This document shows, piece by piece, positions 49,369-60,427 of a stretch of DNA of 64,000 nucleotides. A program made the translations under genes and the position numbers. Under the pieces are notes generated by a model. The model had not been told where the DNA came from and did not search any database. It saw only the letters and a list, made by a program, of their open reading frames with translations. Position 1 is the stretch's first letter, and every line of letters starts with the position of its first letter. The DNA comes from an uncultured bacterium (GTDB taxonomy: Bacteria; Actinomycetota; Thermoleophilia; Solirubrobacterales; Solirubrobacteraceae), in NCBI GenBank assembly GCA_963738355.1, contig CAVTWF010000002.1, positions 198,720 through 262,719 on the forward strand, read 5' to 3'.

Positions 49369-52355
49369 CCCAGCGCGCCCGCGGGCGCCCCGAACATCGC
49401 CCACAGCTCAAAGGTGGGCGAGGGGGGCCCAGCGCAACCTGCGGCCGCTCGGCATCGTCTCGGTGCTCGCTGCCGTCACGGCATGCCTGCCGACTGCACC
49501 GGCGTGGGCACGGAGCTCCACGCCAGATTCCGGGGTCTACGTCACGAACGGCACGGTCAACGCGGTGGTCACGTCGGGTGCAACCACTTACATCGGCGGC
49601 AAGTTCACCCAGGTGGGACCGCCGACCGGACCGGCTGTCGGCACCAACTCGAGCGGCAGCGATCTGGGCTGGGCGCGCGTGTGGGGAGGAACAGGGGTGA
49701 TCAACGACGTCGTGGGCGACGGGTCGGGCGGCTTCTACATCGGCGGCAACTTCACGACCGTCGGCGGTACCGCGTGCAAGAACCTCGCGCACATCCAGTC
49801 CAACGGCACCCTGCAATCGAGCTGGTGCCCCAACCCCAACGGCACGGTCAACGTGCTGGCACTCTCGGGCACCACCCTCTACGTGGGTGGCGCCTTCACG
49901 ACGATCGGCGTCGGCGCGCCGACGCGCGAACGGCTCGCTGCGGTCTGCACCGTCAACAACTGCGAAGGGGCGGTTGAAGCCGCCCACGCCACGGCGTGGG
50001 CACCGAACGCCAACAGCGAAGTCGACGACATCGCCCTCTCGGGCACCACCCTCTACGTGGGTGGCGCCTTCACGACGATCGGCGCCGGCGCGCCGGCGCG
50101 CGAACGGCTCGCTGCGGTCTGCACCGCCAACAACTGCGAAGGGGCGGTTGAAGCCGCCCACGCCACGGCGTGGGCACCGAACGCCAACAGCACAGTCAAG
50201 ACGATTAAGATCTCAGGATCGACCGTCTACGCTGGCGGCGCCTTCACCACGATCGGCGTCGGAGCAACTGTGCGCAACCGCATCGCGGCGATCTGCGCGA
50301 CCAACAACTGCGAAGGGGCCGTTGAAGCCGCCCACGCCACCGCGTGGAATCCCAACGCCAACAACGAAGTCAACGCAATCCAACTCTCCGGATCGACCGT
50401 GTATGCCGGTGGCAAGTTCACGAAGATCGGCGTCGGCGAACCGACCCGCAACCGCATCGCGGCGATCTGCGCGACCAACAACTGCGAAGGGGCCGTTGAA
50501 GCCGCCCACGCCACCGCGTGGAACCCCAATGCCAACGCCGAAGTCAGCACCCTTACGGTGTCCGGCTCGACCGTCTACGCCGGGGGCTTATTCACGACGA
50601 TCGTCGGCACGGCGCGAAACTACGTCGCGTCGCTGAACACAAGCGGCACGGCGGCGCTGAACTCCTGGAACGCCAACGCCAACGCCGCGGTGGGTGCGAT
50701 CGCCACCTACAACACGACAGTCTTCCTAGGTGGCTCGTTCAGCTCGATCGGAGGTGTGGCGCGCACAGACCTAGCGGCGATCTGCGCGACCAACAACTGC
50801 GAAGGATCGGTCGAAGCCGGACATGCCACAGCGTGGGCGCCCAACGCCAACAACGAAGTCAACGCGCTTGCGCTGTCGGGCTCGACCCTCTACGTCGGCG
50901 GCAAGTTCACGAAGATCGGCGTCGGCGAATCGGCGCGCGAAAGGATCGCCGCCATCTGCACCGCCAACAACTGCGAAGGCTCGGTCGAAGCGGCTCACGC
51001 CACCGCATGGGCGCCGAACGCCAGCGCGGAAGTCAACGCAATCGCGGTCTCAGGGTCGACGGTGTATGTCGGTGGCACCTTCACCACGATCGGCGTGGGT
51101 GCCCCGACACGCGAACGGATCGCCGCGATCTGTGCCACGAACGGCTGCGAAGGCAGCGTCGAAACGGGGCACGCTACGGCGTGGGCGCCCAATGCCAGCA
51201 ACGCCGTCGACACGATCGCGGTCTCCGGCTCGACCGTGTACGCCGGCGGCACCTTCACCACGATCGGCGTCGGTGCGACCGCGCGCAATCGCATCGCCGC
51301 GATCTGCGCGACCAACAACTGCGAAGGCAGCGTCGAAGCCGCCCACGCCACTGCGTGGAATCCCAAGGCGAACGCTGCTGTGCTCGATCTTGTGGTCTCC
51401 GGCTCGACCCTCTACGTTGGCGGCAAATTCACCAAGATCGGCGTCGGCGAACCGGTGCGCGACTACGTCGCCGCCGTCTGTACCGTCAACAACTGCGAAG
51501 GCTCGGTCGAAGCGGCTCACGCCACCGCGTGGGCACCCAACGCCAACGCTGAAGTCAACGCGGTCGCAATCTCTGGCTCCACCGTCTTCGCGGGCGGCGC
51601 CTTCACGAGCATCGGGGTCGGCTCGCCGACCCGTGAACGGATCGCCGCGATCTGCGCGACCAGCAACTGCGAAGGCTCGGTCGAAGCGGCTCACGCCACC
51701 GCGTGGGCACCGAATCCCAGCGGCGCGGTCAACGCAGTCACGACCACCTTGACGACGGTCTACGCCGGGGGCGAATTCGCGACGATGGAAACGGGCGATG
51801 CGTCCTATTTCGCCTCCTTCACCGAAGTCGGGCTGCTCACGTTCGTCTCGGCACCCGCGATGCCGGCGCTCACATCGATCACGCTCGACGGAGAATCGCA
51901 GACCACGCACACGACGATGACGAGCTTCAAGGTCAAGGACGCAACGGCGGTCGGAGCAGGCTGGAATGTCACCGTGAGCGGTCACGAAGGCTCGGGATTG
52001 AAGTCCAAGTTCACCCAGTACTGCCCCGAAGCAGCTTGCGGCACGGTCGGCTACGTGGCCGGTGGTCACGCACTCGAAGCAGACTCGCTGACGCTGAACA
52101 GCACGGGCGCCAGCTTCGAACCCTCCGGCGAAGCGCCGACCTACAAATGCGGCGGAGGCTGCAACGTCGATACCGGCAACGAAACCGGCGTTGTGATCGT
52201 CGAAGCGGCCTGCGAACAAGGGGATCGGGATCTTCGAAGCCAAGGGCTGGGGTAGCGAAAGCCTCTCACTTGCGACCCCGCAAGCCCTCTACGCGCTTCC
52301 CGCGCACGAGGTCTACCGCGTCGACCTCATGTGGACGCTCAGCAGTGGGCCCTAA
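49325..52355 (+). CDS. Large WxL-domain adhesin with 14 beta-propeller-type repeats (indel near 52210)
   Basis: 14 V.A...SG.T.Y.GG.FT.I units; C-term VKDATAVGAGWNVTVSG and, after the shift, YRVDLMWTLSSGP*. Confidence 0.85.
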
Positions 52356-52621
52356 GCATTAACCGGCGGCACCGGGCCGGCGTCAGCTAGGGGCCGGGCG
52401 ACGGCCACCGCATCGACCGATGTTCGACATTGGGGATTGGCATTGCGTGGGCGCCCGAACATCGGTCCACTGCCGACGTCCTTACTACCGAGAATGTGGT
52501 AGCGGGCCGTTGCCTCTCGAGGCTAGATGTACGGCACTCTGACCGCTGACCGATTCGCCCGCCTAGGGCGGGCGGACCGGTCGCAACGAGTCCGATCTCA
52601 CAGCAGACGGGAGGCCAGCAC

Positions 52622-53275
52622 ATGCTTCGACCAAGGAAGTCCCTTACTGTATTGATCGCCTTCGTCGCCACGGGTACGGCGTCGGCATGCCTTCCCGCGC
52701 TGGCCGCAGCCGAAACGCACGAAGACCACACCTCCTTCAGCGTGACCGCGGGATCCCTCTCCTTCTCTGAAGCACCCGCGCTGCCGACGCTGAGCGGCGT
52801 GACACTCAACGGCGAAGCGCAGACTACGAACACCACCATGACCAACTTCAAGGTCAAGGACGCGACGGGTACGGGGTCTGGCTGGCACGTGAGCGTGAGC
52901 GGACACGAAGGCTCGGGCCTCAAATCGAAGTTCACCCAATACTGCCCCGAAGCGGCTTGCGGAACCGTCGGCTACGTCGCCAGCGGCCACGAACTGGCAG
53001 CGAACTCGCTGAAGCTCAACAGCACCGGCGCGAGCTTCGAACCGGCCGGCAACGCGCCCACGTTCGAATGCGCAAGCGGCTGCGCCTTGGACACCGGCAA
53101 CGAAACGGCGAACAAAGTTGTCAGCGCCGCGGTGAACAAGGGCATGGGTAACTACAAAGCGAAGGGTTGGAGCTCAGAAAGCCTCCAGCTCACGACGCCC
53201 GCCGAACTGTATGCCCTGCCCGCGCACGAGGTCTACCGCGTCGACATCCTCTGGACGCTGAGCAGCGGGCCGTAG
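52622..53275 (+). CDS. Small WxL-domain protein 1
   Basis: GGAGG SD, signal peptide, VKDATGTGSGWHVSVS, C-term YRVDILWTLSSGP. Confidence 0.88.
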   Translation: MLRPRKSLTVLIAFVATGTASACLPALAAAETHEDHTSFSVTAGSLSFSEAPALPTLSGVTLNGEAQTTNTTMTNFKVKDATGTGSGWHVSVSGHEGSGLKSKFTQYCPEAACGTVGYVASGHELAANSLKLNSTGASFEPAGNAPTFECASGCALDTGNETANKVVSAAVNKGMGNYKAKGWSSESLQLTTPAELYALPAHEVYRVDILWTLSSGP

Positions 53276-53287
53276 TCGGGCACGGGT

Positions 53288-53992
53288 ATGCGCCAGCTTG
53301 AGCCCTCGGCAAGGATGCCTCGGATCAAGGTCCTACGAATGCTGCGCTCGGGGGCGCTCCTGAGAACAGTGATGGTCATGTCCGCTACGGCTGCATCAGC
53401 GGCCGGCCTCCCGGCGCTGGCTAGCGCCGAAACGCACAACGATCACACCTCGTTCAGCGTGACTGCCGGCACGCTTTCGTTCTCCGAAGCGCCAGCGCTG
53501 CCCACGCTGAGCGGTGTGACACTCAACGGCGAAGCGCAGACCACCGATACCACCATGACGAACTTCAAGGTCAAGGACGCGACGGGTACGGGGTCTGGCT
53601 GGCACGTGAGCGTGAGTGGACACGAAGGCTCGGGGGTGAAGCCCAATTTTGCGCAGTACTGTCCGGAAGCCGCGTGCGGCACCGTCGGCTACGTCGCCAG
53701 TGGCCACGAACTGGCGGCGAACTCGCTCGCGCTCAACAGCACCGGAGCGAGCTTCGAACCGGCTAGCAACGCGCCGACCTTCGAATGCGCGAGCGGCTGT
53801 TTCCTTGACACCGGCAACGAAACGCCGAACAAGATCGTGAGCGCGGCCCTCAACAAGGGGATGGGCAGCTATAAGGCCAAGGGTTGGAGCGCGGAAAGCC
53901 TCCAGCTCAGCACACCCGCCGAACTGTATACCCTGCCCGCGCACGAGGTCTACCGCGTAGACATCCTCTGGACGCTCAACAGCGGGCCGTAA
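53288..53992 (+). CDS. Small WxL-domain protein 2 (close paralogue)
   Basis: Mature part nearly identical to previous gene; ends YRVDILWTLNSGP; start uncertain. Confidence 0.88.
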   Translation: MRQLEPSARMPRIKVLRMLRSGALLRTVMVMSATAASAAGLPALASAETHNDHTSFSVTAGTLSFSEAPALPTLSGVTLNGEAQTTDTTMTNFKVKDATGTGSGWHVSVSGHEGSGVKPNFAQYCPEAACGTVGYVASGHELAANSLALNSTGASFEPASNAPTFECASGCFLDTGNETPNKIVSAALNKGMGSYKAKGWSAESLQLSTPAELYTLPAHEVYRVDILWTLNSGP

Positions 53993-54213
53993 TTGGCATG
54001 CCGCGGCGTAGCGGCATCTGAGGCCAAAGCAATCAGAGCGAGTTTGGGGCGCGCTCTCGCAGCTCGTCCAGGGAGCGAAGCACGGTGGTGGTCAGTCGCT
54101 CGCATGGCCCGAGAAGCAGGCGTGTCGCGAAAGCCGCCGGTGGTCGCTTCGTCAACGATCCGGGGCCCTTCGTGCCCTCGTCACCCACTACGTCGCTCCG
54201 CGCCGGCCGCGGC

Positions 54214-54621
54214 TTAGGGTGCCATGGCCGCTGCGACCTGCGCTGTGTCCTCCGAGGCCCGGACGAAGCACGCCTTCCCGTCGCGAAACTTCCAGTAGTG
54301 GTGGAGGTTCATCGCGACATCCTTGCCCGTCGCGGTGACCGTGAATGCGTAGCGCAAGAAGACGTGGACGTCACCGTCGTCGTTGCTCGCAAAGCTAAGG
54401 GGCGTGAACTCGGTGACCTGGCCCGTCTTCGCGATGCCCTCGAAGAAGCTCGGAAGCTCGGCCTTACCGTGCTTGGGGCCGTACCAGGGCGCTGACTCGA
54501 TCGCTGCGTCGGTTGACCAGTCGACATCGTCGGTCACGCGTTCGAGAATGCCCTCCACATCCCCGCGACCAAACGCGTCATACATCGCCTTGACCACCTC
54601 GATGTTCTGCTCTGCGCTCAT
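54214..54621 (-). CDS. SnoaL/NTF2-like protein
   Basis: NIEVVKAMYDAFGRGDVEG...DDVDW...HYWKFRDGK...EDTA. Confidence 0.9.
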   Translation of the reverse strand: MSAEQNIEVVKAMYDAFGRGDVEGILERVTDDVDWSTDAAIESAPWYGPKHGKAELPSFFEGIAKTGQVTEFTPLSFASNDDGDVHVFLRYAFTVTATGKDVAMNLHHYWKFRDGKACFVRASEDTAQVAAAMAP

Positions 54622-54916
54622 GGTGCTCTCCTCTCCGATGCGTGGGTTGCGCGACGGAGCCTAACGAACGCACACACGCCCGCGGAGATTCTCCCCCAAT
54701 CCACGGGCGCGCTCGCCAACTCGTCGTCGCGACGCGAGCCGTATCGTCGGCACGCACCGACCGGGGTCGACGGCCCTCGCTATGAAGTTGTCGCTCGTCG
54801 ACGTCCTCGCCTCTTGCACCGGACTGACGCTCGCCATCCCGGCCTGTGCCTCCGATGTCCGCCGATCAGAGCCGCGGGCAACCTTTTGAGCCCACGGCTC
54901 CAGCGCTTGCGGTGAT

Positions 54917-55192
54917 TCAGGCTGTTGCTGCAGTGGCCTGTGGCAGGCCAATCGCCTGTGAGTCGGCGACCGGGAAGTAATCGTTTTGGCTGAGGCCAGC
55001 TGTGGCGCTCTCCACGAACGACCGGACGTCCTCGACGGACCCGGCGCCCCAGACGCAAACAGCGTGTTCGCCGTCCTCGCTGGGGAACATGCTGTGCAGG
55101 GTCATTCCGGACGGGATCGTCTCAAGCGCCGGCTCGACCGCGGCGCCGAACCCCTCGGGGTCGGTGATGTTGTGAACTGCGATGACGTGCAT
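54917..55192 (-). CDS. Small hypothetical protein
   Basis: AGGAG SD; MHVIAVHNITDPEGF...AVCVW.A.SVEDVR. Confidence 0.65.
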   Translation of the reverse strand: MHVIAVHNITDPEGFGAAVEPALETIPSGMTLHSMFPSEDGEHAVCVWGAGSVEDVRSFVESATAGLSQNDYFPVADSQAIGLPQATAATA

Positions 55193-55859
55193 CGATGGAC
55201 TCCTCTACTGTCTGGCCCGCTCACCCTCGGACGTTTGCAATTCGGGTGACGGACCGCTGCGACCGCCAGGGCCACACTACTCCTCCCTCCGCGAACGCGG
55301 GTTTCCGGGCAGGGATCGATGCCGCGCACGGAAGGCCGCGAGCACCGAAACGCCCGCTTTCAGGACTTGGCGAGCGCGAGCCAGCCCCGGCGTCGGGTTT
55401 GCGCAAAGGACAAACCGCGCGAGCGCGGTTGGCGGCTGATAGCGCTGCTGCTTTTGACTACGCTCGGCGCGAAGCGAAAGTCAGCACCGGCCGATTTGCT
55501 TCACTCGACATGCCCGCTTCGGAACGACTCCTGCACCCCGGTTCGGCCCAGGCGTCGCTGCTGCTTCCTCACGACCCTGTCTGGAAGCGACAGCCGGGGC
55601 CGCGGGCCGATCAACGCGCCGCTCGTCCTCAATAGGAGACGTCCCGGCCTCGTGTCGCATTGCCGGCAGACCAAGAGTCTGCGGACCAGCGAGGCGCGCT
55701 GGCGGACCTGTCCCGAGCCAGCATCGGCCGAACGCCCACGGAGGCCCCCGCCATTCGGCACCGCTCGCCCCCGTCTGAGCGGGGGATTGATGTGCTCGCC
55801 TGTTAGTGAGCAACACCAGCATGAACCGGCGAGCTCCACCATGCGCTATTGCGCTCTGA

Positions 55860-56576
55860 TCAACCCACCCGGAAAGAGATTCCGTCGAGCGCCACTGCAG
55901 TCGTGGCTGTTCCGTTCGTGATCACCTCGCCGTCGCTCAATACGTCGACGTTCTCCGGAGTCGGGCCGGGAGTGCCCGCGGCTACGGCGAAGGCCAAGCT
56001 CTCAGGCGGTCGATAACCGGTCGGGAGGATGAACGCTCGGGTGCTCGCCCCTCCTTCATCGATGACGCCCTTGAGGTGAACCCGGCCGATCGGGTCGAGG
56101 TAGAAGGCCGCTGGCGCGAAGCCGCCTCCATAGTTGAGCCAACCGTCTTCGAAGGCGGGTTGGCCGGGCGTGCCGATGACGTGCCATCCCTCGCCGCTTG
56201 TACCTGTGAGCAGGTAGGACGAGGCCGGCGCGCCACCGAGACTGGTGGCGTTCGACGCGGTGACGGCGTTCTGCGCGCTCGTCGCGCTCGTCGCGCTGGC
56301 TGCAGTGGCAGCACTGCCGGCGGTGGCGGCGCTCCCGGCAGTGGCAGCGCTGCCGGCGGATTTCGCAAATAGCACCGACAGCTTCGGGGCCTTGCTCTTG
56401 ACCTCCTTGTCGGCGATCGACTTGACCTGCTTCTTCTGCGCACCGCTCAGGCCCAGCGTCTTGGCGACGAAGGCGACCGGAGCGCTCGCCCACGATGTGC
56501 CTCCGGCTGCCAGCACCAGCGCGATGATCGATATTACGAGCGCCGGTGAGATGCGACCCCTACTGGACCTGCTCAT
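55860..56576 (-). CDS. Secreted protein with Ala/Thr stalk and phage receptor-binding-like head
   Basis: ISPALVISIIALVLAAGGTSWA, AGSAAT repeats, GWLNY...GRVHLKGVI...FILPTGYRP...LDGISF. Confidence 0.7.
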   Translation of the reverse strand: MSRSSRGRISPALVISIIALVLAAGGTSWASAPVAFVAKTLGLSGAQKKQVKSIADKEVKSKAPKLSVLFAKSAGSAATAGSAATAGSAATAASATSATSAQNAVTASNATSLGGAPASSYLLTGTSGEGWHVIGTPGQPAFEDGWLNYGGGFAPAAFYLDPIGRVHLKGVIDEGGASTRAFILPTGYRPPESLAFAVAAGTPGPTPENVDVLSDGEVITNGTATTAVALDGISFRVG

Positions 56577-57200
56577 GACATGTCTCTCCTTCGGTTGGTG
56601 GCTCGCCGCAATCGGGACGCCACGCTAGACGCTGAGCCCTCCATTGTCAAAGGATCGTCGAGAGTGGTGGAGACGGAAGAAAGCCTGAGCGGGCGAGGCG
56701 AGCCGCGCGAGTCCTCCCGTCCGGGTCCCTGGCGGCGTTCCTCCGCCTTCGACGCGCGGCGGACTCCAGCGCACGTCGCCAGAAAGGGGGCAAGGACGCG
56801 CCGCTCGGCGTGGCGGATGCGACGTGTGCTGACCGCCATCCGAGATGCTCGGTCTGAGAGACGGCAGGTGCGTCTGCAAAGAGGCCACGCGACTCCCACA
56901 TCGATGGCGAGCAGAAGTGTCAGGGCCTCCCGCTCGGCCTCATCGGGCTTCCGATTGGGAACGAACTCTGGCACCTCGGTCGGTCAGCAGCTCGCTTCCG
57001 CTACCGGCACAAGCAGCAGCCAGGCATCTCGCCGGCCGTGTGCCTCCTGTCCTCAGAGGCGGCACAGATCGCAGCGCTGCCGCATCACGGCGCAAGCAGT
57101 AGCCCGAAGCGGTCGGCCCACCACGCCTGCTGCTCGTCCCAAACATTCGTCTCGTTTTGGGGCGATGATGTGCCTGCTTTCTGGCGAAAGGAGAACCGAA

Positions 57201-57773
57201 ATGGGAAAGATCGTCGTGAGCGAGAACGTCTCGCTCGACGGAATAGTCCAAGACCCCGCCGGTGACGAGGGCTTCAGGGTCGGCGGCTGGGTCGGCCGGA
57301 TCACCGACCGCCCAGAACTGGGCAAGCTCGCGCTCGACGAGGCGCTGGGGACCGAGGCCCTTCTGCTCGGCCGCCGGACGTACGACTGGTTCGCCGCGAA
57401 GTGGCCAGCCCGGAATGGCGAGCTGGCGGACAGGCTGAACAGCCAGCCCAAGTACGTCGTGTCCTCGACCCTCGAGGATCTCGACTGGGGTCCCGCCACG
57501 GTGCTGAACGGCGACGTGGTGAGCGAGATCACAAAGCTCAAGCAGGAGCTAGACGGGGACATCGCCGTCCCCGGCAGCTTCCAGCTGCTGCAGACGCTGA
57601 TGGAGCACGACCTGGTCGACGAGCTGCGCCTGAAGGTCTTCCCGGTCGTGCTCGGCGCCGGCGAGCGGCTCTTCGGCGAGACCAGCGACAGGAAGCCTAT
57701 GCGCCTCGTCGACAGCCAGACCCTCGACGGCGACGTCGCTTACCTCACCTACGAGCCCGTCCGAGACGCCTAA
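57201..57773 (+). CDS. Dihydrofolate reductase / RibD C-terminal family protein
   Basis: ENVSLDGIVQDP, LLGRRTY, PKYVVSSTL, DELRLKVFPVVLGAG. Confidence 0.92.
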   Translation: MGKIVVSENVSLDGIVQDPAGDEGFRVGGWVGRITDRPELGKLALDEALGTEALLLGRRTYDWFAAKWPARNGELADRLNSQPKYVVSSTLEDLDWGPATVLNGDVVSEITKLKQELDGDIAVPGSFQLLQTLMEHDLVDELRLKVFPVVLGAGERLFGETSDRKPMRLVDSQTLDGDVAYLTYEPVRDA

Positions 57774-57861
57774 CGGGCGCCGGACGTGCAGTGCTCCCAA
57801 TAGCTGGCGGGGCGATCTCCCGCCGAATCGCAATCCGCTGGCCAGATTTCCGACCGGAACG

Positions 57862-59572
57862 AGGCTGTCGCGCAAACGGGTGCCGTCCGGCGGCCTCAAG
57901 AGAATCCGGTATGCCCCAGAACTTCATCGACTGTGATCGTGAGCAGACCTTCTTGATGCCGCCGTCGCTGCGCGAGTGGCTCCCGCAAGACGACCTCGCC
58001 TGGTGCGTGATCGAAGCCGTCGAAGGAGATGGACCTCTCCGCTGTTCTATGCCTCCTACCGTGCGGATGGGCACGGCGGCGCGGCCTATGAGCCCTCGAT
58101 GATGGTGGCGCTCGTGCTCTACGCATTTGCCACCCAGCAGCGTTCCTGGCGCGGGATCGAGCGCCACTGCGCAGGGACATCGCCTACCGCGTGATCACGG
58201 CCAACCAGGTGCCCGATCACGCGACGATCGCGCGCTTCATAGAGCGCCACGAGGTGCCACTGGCGGAGCTCTTCTCCCAAGTGCTCTCGCTGTGCGCGAA
58301 AGCCGGATTGGTGAAAGTCGGCGTGATCGCGATCGACGGCACGAAGGTGAAGGCGAACGCCAGCCCGGAGTCAAACGTGACTACGGGCAGATCGCCAGAG
58401 AAATCCTCGCCGAGGCCAGAGCGACAGACGAAGCCGAGGATGAGCTCTACGGAGATGCGCGCGGCGATGAGCTGCCAGAGCACCTGCGCACGGCGGAGGG
58501 TCGTCGCGCGGCGCTGCGCGAGGCCAAGGAAAAGCTCGAGCGCGAGCACGCAAGCGCTGAGGACGCAAGCCGCGAGCGAACACGCCGGACATCGAGGAGC
58601 CCACGGCTGTGGTCGCTGGGCAGTTCGATTCAGAGCGGATCGTAGCCCGCATGCAGGGCCGGGAGGGCTGGCTGCGCGAGGCCCGCCGTCAACTCGAACA
58701 GAGCGCTGAGATGAGGGCAAAGCCAATCCTCGCGCTCGCGTGCAGAAGCGCCTGTTGGCGTGCGAGCGGCGATTGCAGGAGGAGCTCGCCGCCGAGCGGC
58801 TCGGTAACGACGAATATGAGCGCTAGAGGGCGACTGGGCGCATGAAGAACGGGTGACGCTTAGGTGCGCACGAAGCGCTATAAGCGCCGGCGGAGCGCAG
58901 GGGAAGGTCAACCTGACGACGGATGCAAAGCCGCAGAAGACTAACGCGGGCTTCGAGTGCGTGCAGGGTTACAACGCAGGCCGCGGTCTCAGAGCAGCAG
59001 ATAGTGCTCGCAGCCGAGGTCACCAACAACACGGCGGACTTCGGTGAGCTCGATCGCGATGGTGACTGCGACGCGACTGAGCTAGAGCGCGCCGATGTGA
59101 AAGAGCAGCGGGGGTAGACAATCGCCGACACGGTTACTGGAACGAGCAGCGCGTGGATGAGGTCATGGCCTACGAGCGCGTTGGAGTGTTATCCACCCGA
59201 TGCGGGTAATCGCGAGAGGAAGCGGTAGGGCTGGAGATGGTGGCCGCTACGACTGGCTGCGAAGAGTGCTTGCGACCGATGGGTCGAGAGATTACCACCA
59301 GGTAAGAGCAAGATAGAGAGGTATAGGTACGTAGAGCACAACGCGGTTTAAGATATTTCAAGAAGATTCGTTCGCGGTGCGAGAGAGGTGAGTTTGCTTA
59401 TGGTTACGTATAATTTTGTAAAGCTATATAGTTATTAATTAGGTTTCGTAGTGGTTTGAAAGGTAGTAGGAGGTGAGGTGTTTAATAAAGGTGTTAGTAA
59501 TAAGAATGAAGGTAAGGGTATCTTGGGTTTATCCGTGGGGACGCCGGTGAGGGAGGCCTTTGCGAGACAGCT
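57862..59572 (+). mobile_element. IS1182-family insertion sequence, degraded transposase
   Basis: IRs AGGCTGTCGCGCAAA / TTTGCGAGACAGCT, flanking direct repeat GGAACG (57856-57861, 59573-59578); transposase fragments DREQTFLMPPSLREWL, YEPSMMVAL, PDHATIARF, IDGTKVKANAS, QGYNA. Confidence 0.9.
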
Positions 59573-59789
59573 GGAACGCCTTCGACACGCTCGGCCGATC
59601 GAGGCATCGTTGCTGCTTCTTCGCAGCGGTACATAGGAAGCGGCAATCGTCCCGCGGGCCCATCGATTTGCCTCCCAGTCCCTCAAGACCAGGTACCTCG
59701 GCGAGACTTCCGGTTCACTCCGAGCGCAGCAGCTTTGGCCGGGCGCCAAGCGAGAGCGCCCGGGCCCCCGACGGATGTAGCATCGGCGG

Positions 59790-60235
59790 GTGCGACGAGG
59801 CGAGCTATCGCTTGAGCTGAGGCGGGTATTTCGCGTTTCCCGCGCAAGCATGTACGAATTCTTATCGATCCCGCCCGGCTCGCGAAGTGGTGGGGGCCGA
59901 GAGGGTTCAGCATCCCGAGCCTCGACTTCGCTCCGCGCGTCGGCGCGACGTACCGGATCGAGATGCAGCCGCCGGACGGCGACTCCTTTTATCTCAAAGG
60001 GAGATTTCACGATGTCGATCCCCCGTCGCGGATCGCTTTCTCGTTCAATTGGGATCCCGCCGATCCCGCCGACGTGGAAACGTTGGCGGAGCTCTCGTTC
60101 CGCACGATCGACGACTCGACCGAGCTCGTTCTAGCCCAGGGCGCGTTCAAGACCGATGAGCGCCTGGCGCTTCACCGCGACGGCTGGGCAGAGTCATTCG
60201 AGAAGCTGGGCGAGCTCGTGCACCAGCATCCCTAA
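59790..60235 (+). CDS. SRPBCC/AHSA1 domain protein (several indels)
   Basis: Fragments KWWGP, GATYRIEMQPPDG, PPSRIAFSFNW, HRDGWAESFEKL. Confidence 0.75.
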
Positions 60236-60427
60236 TCGTCGCGGCCGCCTGGCGCGTGCCGGAAAGCCCGGCGCGAAGCGGCAGTCAGCGACGCTCGATG
60301 TGCTCCACCAGTCTTGGCATCGCTCCTGCAATGCGCCACGGATACTGGGGGCGGCAGTCACGAAGCCATGTCGCCCGCGCCGACGGCAATCCGTTTAGAG
60401 CACGACCGAGCGTGGTAGGAGCACTAC

